Both the position numbers and the translations under genes were made by a program. From assembly GCA_965248925.1 (NCBI GenBank), contig CBDFLE010000006.1:5056001-5120000 (forward strand): a stretch of DNA of 64,000 nt, read 5' to 3'. Shown here in pieces: positions 53,643 through 61,700 of this stretch. Below the pieces are notes generated by a model that saw nothing but the letters and a program-made list of their open reading frames with translations, had not been told where the DNA came from and did not search any database. Source of the DNA: Candidatus Multivoradales bacterium (GTDB lineage Bacteria > Acidobacteriota > Thermoanaerobaculia > Multivoradales > J023). How positions within the stretch are numbered: position 1 is the first letter of the stretch; the number at the start of each line of letters is the position of its first letter.

Positions 53643-55507
53643 GCATCGCGGCCGCGCGCAGCCCACCATCGCCAGCCAAGGCCTCCGCAGCCGAACTTGA
53701 CCGCGTCTTGGGTGAAGTGCGGGCCGAACTCGTGCGCCGTTTTCAGCCTCGTGGCCACTGGCGAGGCGGTTTGTCATCGAGTGCTCTGTCGACCGCGGTG
53801 GCCTGCTTCGCTATCACCTTGGTTAGCGAGCAGCGAGGACAGTGGCCAGAAGACTCGCGCGCCTTGGCCCGTCGCGGACTAGATTGGTTGGCTGCCCATG
53901 CCAATGCCGACGGTGGTTGGGGAGATACGGTCCGGTCGGTATCCAACTTGCCCACCACGGTTCTGGCCTGGGCTGCGCTGCGGGCGGCGAGGGACTCCGA
54001 AGTCGGTGCGGTCACAGGTCTTGCATTGGCCATCGACGGTGCCGAAAGCTGGATTGTGCGCCGCACGGGGGACTTGCAACCAGACTCGCTGCGACGGACG
54101 ATCGAAGACCTCTACGGCAAGGACAAAACCTTCTCCGTACCTATTCTCACCCTGGTCGCGCTAGCCGGGCTGCTGGGCCCAGAACCCGATTGCTGGCGCG
54201 GTATCACCCCTTTGCCTTTCGAGTTGGGGGCGTTACCCCAGGCGACTTTTCGCTTCATCGGCCTACCGGTAGTGAGTTACGCCTTACCGGCGTTGATCGC
54301 TGTCGGCCAGGTACAGCACCATCGTCGACCGTCGAAGAACCTGTTGGCGCGCTGGCTACGGCAGATCTTGCGCGCTACCACTCTGCGCCGCTTGCAAACC
54401 CTGCAGCCCTCGAGCGGTGGATTTCTGGAAGCGATTCCGCTCACTGGCTTCGTCACCTTGAGCCTCGCCGGAGCGGGGGAGTGCGATCACGCCGTGGTGC
54501 GAAAGGCGCAGGAGTTCTTCGCTCAGTCGGTGCGCGAAGATGGCAGCTGGCCGATCGATGTAGATCTGGCCACCTGGATCACCACCCTGTCGATTCAGGG
54601 ACTGCGAGAATCAGGGGGAGTGGCAGCAGCGGTGGGCGTGGCTGGGGTGGCAAGCTTACGCCGCTTCTTGCTCCAACAGCAGTACAAAGAGATTCACCCC
54701 TTCACCGGTGCGGCTCCCGGAGGCTGGGCCTGGACCGATCTGCCGGGGGGCGTTCCTGATGGCGACGATACTCCTGGAGCGGTCTTGGCCCTGCGGCATC
54801 TCGGACCAATCGACGACCAGGTTCGGGCCGCTGCCGCCGCCGGTTTGCGCTGGCTTATCGGCTTACAAAATCGCGATGGCGGCATACCGACCTTTTGCCG
54901 CGGCTGGGGCACCCTGCCCTTCGATCGCAGTTCTCCCGACCTCACCGCCCATGCACTGCGCGCGATCCACGCCTGGCGCGACGAGCTTGCTGAGGACCTT
55001 CGGTCCAGCCTCGATCTCTGTGCCCGCCGCTGTCGGCAGTATCTGCACCGGGTCCAACACGCCGATGGCTCGTGGGTACCCTTGTGGTTTGGCCACGAAG
55101 CTGCGCCGTCGAACGAGAATCGGGTCTTTGGAACCGCCCGAGTTCTGCGCGCCTTGGTCGAGTTGCAGGATCCTACGGTGGCATCGATGATCGAGGCCGG
55201 CCGAGCCTACTTGCTAGCGGCCCGCAACAACGACGGAGGTTGGGGTGGCGGCGAGGGCATCGCTTCGTCGATGGAGGAAACCGCACTAGCGCTCGATGCG
55301 CTGTCGCGTCTAGAAGACCCAGATCTAGCACCAATTCTTCAGCAAGCCGCCGGTTTTTTGTGCCGGGCCTGGGATGCTGGCCGCTTCAAGCAGGCGACAC
55401 CGATTGGTTTTTACTTTGCTAATCTGTGGTACTTCGACGACGCCTATCCGCTGGTCTTCACCGCGGCGGCGCTGGGGCGGGCGCAGGGGGTCCTGGCGGT
55501 GCGTTGA
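53639..55507 (+). CDS. Squalene-hopene-cyclase-like class II terpene cyclase
   Basis: GHWRG.L, NADGGWG, GGWA, PDGDDT (DxDD), QNRDGG..TF, QHADGSW...W, NNDGGWG, EET, YP; ATGA overlap. Confidence 0.88.
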   Translation: MSIAAARSPPSPAKASAAELDRVLGEVRAELVRRFQPRGHWRGGLSSSALSTAVACFAITLVSEQRGQWPEDSRALARRGLDWLAAHANADGGWGDTVRSVSNLPTTVLAWAALRAARDSEVGAVTGLALAIDGAESWIVRRTGDLQPDSLRRTIEDLYGKDKTFSVPILTLVALAGLLGPEPDCWRGITPLPFELGALPQATFRFIGLPVVSYALPALIAVGQVQHHRRPSKNLLARWLRQILRATTLRRLQTLQPSSGGFLEAIPLTGFVTLSLAGAGECDHAVVRKAQEFFAQSVREDGSWPIDVDLATWITTLSIQGLRESGGVAAAVGVAGVASLRRFLLQQQYKEIHPFTGAAPGGWAWTDLPGGVPDGDDTPGAVLALRHLGPIDDQVRAAAAAGLRWLIGLQNRDGGIPTFCRGWGTLPFDRSSPDLTAHALRAIHAWRDELAEDLRSSLDLCARRCRQYLHRVQHADGSWVPLWFGHEAAPSNENRVFGTARVLRALVELQDPTVASMIEAGRAYLLAARNNDGGWGGGEGIASSMEETALALDALSRLEDPDLAPILQQAAGFLCRAWDAGRFKQATPIGFYFANLWYFDDAYPLVFTAAALGRAQGVLAVR

Positions 55508-55740
55508 CGGGTGGCTGGGGAAGGTTTGAGGTCAGCGGCGAAACTCCGTGGTGGCGGTTTTCGAACTAAGATCTTCTCCGTTTTTCGGGCATCTCCCAAA
55601 GAGGATTCGAGTCCCTTCAGGAATTTCTCTCGGTAGTGTTGTCAGGGGTGCGAGCAGGGATTGGTTTGCTAGTGTTATTTGAGCATTTCCTACCCCGGAA
55701 CACGCTTGGACCGCACCTCGGAAGACCTCCAACGCTAGCT

Positions 55741-58700
55741 ATGGCAACTCCACCCGTCTGTTCATCGCCGGCCTCAGCAAACAACCTGGTAGACCTGCTG
55801 CGGAGGCGTAGCAGGCAGCACCCTGACCGTATCGCCTTCATTTTCCTCAGCAATGGCGAGGAGGAGGGCGAGCGTCTGACCTATGGCGAACTCGATCAGC
55901 GGGCGCGGGTTCTCGGTTCCCATCTGCGCCGCAAGCTGCCAGCCGGTGAGCGGGCGCTGCTGCTCTATCCTCCTGGTTTGGAACTCATCGTCGGTTTCTT
56001 CGGTTGTCTCTATGCCGGCATGGTCGCTGTGTTGGCCCACCCGCCGCGCGGCCGGCGGACGCTGCCGCGCCTGGCGGCGATCGTTGCCGACGCCGCCCCT
56101 GGAGCGGTACTGAGTCAGACCGTCGAGATGCGCCGGATTGCCGCCTGGGCGAAGCAAGTTGAAGCTCTCGCTCGGGTCGAGCTGATCGCTTCGGATGCAC
56201 TCGCCGAGGAACTCGCCGACGGGTGGCGCGATCCACGAAGCGAGCCGCAGACACTGGCTTTCCTGCAATACACCTCAGGTTCCACCGCCGCTCCCAAAGG
56301 AGTGATGGTCAGCCATGGCAACCTGCTGCACAATGAACGCTTGATCCAGTCTGCCTTTCGCCAACCCGAGGGGACGGTGGTGGTCGGTTGGTTGCCGCCG
56401 CAGCACGACATGGGTCTGATCGGCAATGTAATACAACCGTTGTACATGGGTGGCCGCGCCATCCTGATGTCACCGGTGGCCTTTCTGCAGAGTCCGGTTC
56501 GCTGGCTGCGGGCGATCGATCGCTACCGGGCGAATGTCAGCGGTGGTCCCGATTTCGCTTACCAGCTGTGTGTCGATCGCATTGAGCGGCAGCTGTGTTC
56601 AACGATCGATTTGAGCTCCTGGGAAGTGGCCTTCAATGGCGCCGAGCCGGTGCGTGAGGAGACCCTGCGGCGGTTTTCCGAGCATTTCTCCGACGCCGGC
56701 TTCAGCGCCGCGCGGTTTTTCCCCTGCTATGGCCTGGCTGAAGCTACCTTGCTGGTGTCGGGTGGCCGCCAGGCCGCCGAGCCTGTGCGGCGGCTGGTGT
56801 CGTCGAAAGCCCTGGCGCTCGACCAGATCCGTCCGCCGGAGCCTGGCGATGAGGCCGGCCGTTGGTTAGTGAGTTCTGGCCGCTGCCATCCCGAGGTCGA
56901 GGTGGTGGTGGTCGAGCCGCAGACCGGCCGACCTGTAGAGCCCGGTGAGGTCGGCGAGATCTGGGTGTCGGGGCCGAGTGTTGCCGCCGGCTACTGGCAC
57001 AATCGCCAGGCCACCGCGGAGATTTTCGAAGTTGCCGTAGCCGGTCGGCCGGGGCGTTTCTTGCGTAGCGGCGATCTGGGCTTTGTCGATCAAGGAGAGC
57101 TCTTCGTCACCGGCCGGCTGAAGGATCTGATCATTATTCGCGGCCGCAACCACTACCCGCAGGATCTAGAGTTGACCATGGAGGGGTGCCACCCAGCGGC
57201 GATCAGCGGCCGTGGCGCGGCGTTTTCGGTAGATCGGGGAGGAGGAGAACGCTTGGTTCTGGTGCAAGAGGTGCTGCGCGATGCTGACTTGGTCGTCGAA
57301 GATCTGCTGAGCACCGTCTGTCAGGCCGTTGCCGAGCTGCATGAACTACAGGTTGAAGATCTGCTGCTGATCCGCCGTGGTTCTTTGCCGGTCACCACCA
57401 GCGGCAAAGTGCGTCGCCGACGGTGCCGCGAACTCTATCTCCAGGATCGACTGCGGGTGGTGGCGCAGTGGGGTCGCCAGCAGGGCGCGGCCAGCGCGGT
57501 GGGTGGCGTCATTGCCCGGCCTAGCCTTGACCGGCTGCGGACGATGGACCGGGAGCAGCGTCGGACCACTTTGGGGCCCTACCTATTGCAGCAGTTGGCG
57601 GACGGTCTGGAGATCGATGTCGCCCAACTCCGTCCGGATCGACCGTTGACCGCCCAGGGACTCGATTCGCTGAACGCGCTGGAACTCGGGCATCGGGTCG
57701 AGTCAGAGTTCGCTGTGAGGTTGTCGGTCGCCGAGCTGTTGGCCGGGGCGAGCCCGAGACAGGTGTTGGAGCGGCTGGTGGATGGCATCGACACGCGATC
57801 CAGCGCCAGTCCTGAGCACCGCCCCGAGAATTCGCTTGGAGACGCCCTTTCCTACGGCGAGAAATCGCTCTGGTTTCTCCATCAGTTGGCGCCCCTGAGC
57901 GCTGCCTACAACTTGTTCGGAGCGTTGCGGGTGCAGCCGGCTCTCGATCCTGGCCGGCTACGTCGGGCGGTGGCGGCCCTGGCCCGTCGGCATCCGGCGC
58001 TGCGCACGACCTACGGCACTCGCCAGGGCCAGCCCTATCGCCGGGTCGCGGCCGCCGCGGAAATGGCCGTGAACGTGGCTGTGGAGATTGAGCCTACTGC
58101 CGGCTGGAGCGTAGCGAAGCAGCATTCGCGAATGGTCGAACTGGCGCATCAGCCTATCGATCTCGAATCAGGACCGCTGCTGCGGGTGGTGCTGTTCACT
58201 GCTGATACCGACGACAGCCGGCTGTTGCTGGTGCTGCATCACATCGTCGGTGATTTCTGGTCGTTGGCCATTCTGGCGCAGGAATTGGGTCTGCTCTATG
58301 ACGATCTAGAATCTGTCTTGCCGACCTTGCTGACAACCTATGCTGAGTCCGTGCAACTGGCGGCGGCCGACCTTGATGGGCAGCGCGGCAAGGTCGATTG
58401 GAAGTACTGGCGGACGCTGCTCGCCGCCGCGTTCGAGGATCTCAATCTGCCCACTGACCGGCCGCGACCGGCGTCGCAGACTTTTGTCGGCGATCGCCGT
58501 CTGATCCACTGGCCGGCGCCTTTGAAGGCGGCGGTCGAGAGTTTGGCCAAGGACCATGGGGTTACTGTTTACGTAGTCTTGTTGGCGGTCTTTCAGGTGC
58601 TGCTGCACCGCCTGTCCGGCCAATCGAACTTTGCTGTCGGCTCACCTTTCGCCGGCCGCGAGCGGGCCGAACAGAAGAGTGTGGTCGGCTATTTCGTCAA

Positions 58701-61700
58701 TACGCCGGTGTTGCGGGCCGAGTTGGCCGATAGTCCGACCTTCTCGACTTTTCTTGGTCGGACTCGTGACATGGTGCTGGCCGCCCTGGAACATCAGTCT
58801 TTCCCCTTTGCCCTGCTCGCCGAGCGCCTGCGCCCGCAGCGCGATCCGTCACGGTCGCCACTCTTTCAGCACCTCTTCAGCTGGCACCGGCTACCGCCCG
58901 GCGCGCCAGCCGGTCTCACCGCTTGCGGCGTTGGCGAGGCTGGAATTGAGGTCGTCCTCGGTGAATTGCGGGCGACCAGCTTGTCGATCGCCAATCTCTC
59001 GGCGCAGTTTGATCTCGCTTTGTCGATCACCGAGGTCGACGATCAGCTGGTCGCTTGCTTGCAATTCAATACTGACCTTTTCGACTCCACTACCGCCCAG
59101 AGGTGGCTGGACAACCTGACCACGTTGACCACCACATTGACCACCACGGACAGTGCCGCGGCCGATCGGCCGCTGTCGCGATTAGAGCTGCTCAGTGCGG
59201 GGCAGCGTCAGCAGTTGATGGTTGAATGGAATGCCACCGAGCGGTCGCCGGCGGCCGACTCGGTAGGTGGCGTCGGCGCTGGCTTTGCCGCCCAGTTGGC
59301 GCGTTGGCCGCAGCGGATCGCTGTCGAGGACGGTTCAGGCCAACGCAGCTACGAAGCGGTGGATCGTCTGGCATCGGGGGTTGCGGAGGCCTTGCAAGGT
59401 CGCGGTCATGGGCCGCGATCGCGGATCGGAGTCTTTCTCGTCCGTTCCCTCGACCTGCCCGCAGTGCTGCTCGGCATTCTCCGTGCTGGCGCTGCCTACT
59501 TGCCGCTCGATCCGCGCTTTCCAGAACCTCGGCTGGAGATGATGATTGCCGACGCGCGGCCGGCGGTAGTGATTGTCGAGGATCAGCCGCCGGCTTTCAT
59601 CACCGCGTCGGGTGCCGAGCCGCTGCGCCTCGGCGAACTCCGCTCGCGGCTGCCGAGTCGTCGTCGAACTTACGCCGAACCAGCGGCGGAAAGCCTGGCC
59701 TATGTGCTTTTCACCTCAGGCTCTAGCGGCCGGCCCAAAGGAGTGCAGATCTCCCACCGGGCGCTCAACAATTTTCTGGCATCGATGGCAGAGCGCCCTG
59801 GGTTGACCGCCGAGGATCGTCTGCTGGCAGTCACTACTCTGTCCTTCGACATTTCCGTATTGGAGATCTTCCTGCCCCTGATGGTAGGTGCTCGACTGTG
59901 CTTGGCGAGTTCTGCCGCGGCGGCCGACGGCGAGGCTTTGGGCGAGTTGTCGCGGCGCTGGCGAGCGACCGTTTTGCAAGCTACACCGACCACCTGGCGG
60001 CTGTTGCTGGTGGCTGGCTGGTCGGGGAGCAACCAGCTCACCGCTTGGTGCGGCGGCGAAGGGTTGCCGGCCGACCTGGCTACCGCATTGTTGCAGCGCT
60101 GTGCTCGGCTGTGGAACCTCTACGGCCCGACCGAAACGACGGTGTGGTCGGCGATCGAGCGGATAGAGATGCCAATCGGGCGAATTGCGGTCGGTCGGCC
60201 GATCGCCAATACCAGGATTCAGCTTCTCGATCAGGCCCTTGAAGCTCGGCCGATCGGAGTTCCCGGAGAGCTATATATCGCCGGTGACGGTCTGTCCCAA
60301 GGCTACCTCGGCCGGCCCGCCTTGACCGCTGAGAAATTCCTACCGGAAGTGTCCGAGGGGCGTTCTGGTGCACGGATGTACGCCACCGGTGATCTTGCCC
60401 GATGGCTCGCCGATGGTCGGCTGGAATGTCTCGGTCGCACTGATCACCAGGTCAAGGTGCGCGGTTTTCGCATCGAGCTCGGTGAAATCGAAGCGGCGAT
60501 CTGCGCTCATCCAGAGATCCGTCAGGCGGTAGTGGTGGCTCGCCCCCAGCACCATGGCGACGCCGATCTGGTGGCCTATCTGGTCGCCGGCAGCGAAATC
60601 CAATGGGAAGATCTGAGGGTCGAGCTGCGGCGCTCATTGCCGGACTACATGGTACCGAGTAGGGCGGCTTTTCTGCTGTCGTTGCCGCTGACGCCGAATG
60701 GCAAAGTAGATCGTCGGCGCCTGCCGGAGCTGGCTGCTAACGCACCGCGGGGAGGGGGGGGAGAGTTGCGCTCGCCGCTGCAGGAGCTGCTCGCCGGGTT
60801 GTGGAGCGAGCTGCTGTCGGTTGCCGTGGTCGGGCCTCGCGACAACTTTTTCGAACTTGGCGGGCACTCCCTGAAGGCTGCCCAGCTGGCGGCCAGGGTT
60901 GGTCGTGCGGTGGCGGTCGAGCTGCCGGTGAGGAAAATTTTCGAAGCACCGATTCTGGCCGACCTGGCGACCGCTATCGAGCAGCTGCAGGGCCTTCCAC
61001 CGGCGCCAACGGAAGTTCTTTCGCGGGTCCCTGAGGATGGTCGGCGGCTGTCTTTCGCGCAACAGAGACTGTGGTTCTTCGATCGCCTGCAGCCGCTCAG
61101 CAGTGCTTACAACATGGCCGCGACGGTGGGCATCGAGGGCCGGCTGGAGCCAGCATCGTTGCGGGCGGCGCTACTTGGAGTCGTGCGTCGCCATCAGATC
61201 CTACGGACTGCCTATCCGGAGCGCGACGGGGAGGCCGCGGTAGAAGTTCTTCCCACCGTCGAGATCGAGTTGCCGCAGCTCGACTTGAGTTCCTTGGCGC
61301 CGGGTCTCCAGCGCCGGCAAGTGGCGGTGTTGGCAGCGGCGGAAGCTCGCCGGCCTTTCCGCCTCGACCGCGCACCCTTGCTTCGGGTTTGCTGGATTCG
61401 GCTTGGCGCTGCGGTTCATCAGCTGCTGATCACCGCTCACCACATGGTTGCCGATGGCTGGTCTATGGACCTGTTTTTCGATGAATTTACCGAACTCTAC
61501 TCGGCGGCGGTCGAGGACCGACCGCCGCGGCTGAGCCGCTTGAGAGTGGATTATGCCGACTACGCCGCCTGGCAGCGCCTAGCTCTGAGCAGCGCGGGAC
61601 TGGCCGCGGACGTAGCCCATTGGCGACAGAAGCTAAGCGATCCGCCAACCCTCGATTTGCCAACCGACCGGCCGCGGCGGGCGGTGCAGAGTTTTCGCGG

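Noticed and set aside
45607-55507. Ordinary hopanoid (hpn) cluster or glycine cleavage operon
   Set aside because: No hpnCDE, hpnG or hpnN-like genes and no gcvT/gcvP in the window; gene content matches neither.
55602-55616. tRNA T-arm-like GGATTCGAGTCCC
   Set aside because: No cloverleaf, acceptor stem or CCA could be built around it.
55630-55636. ops-like TCGGTAG upstream of the NRPS, also at 39532 and 42934
   Set aside because: Only 7 bp, differs from GGCGGTAG, two of three copies are paralogous, and no NusG paralogue is in the window.
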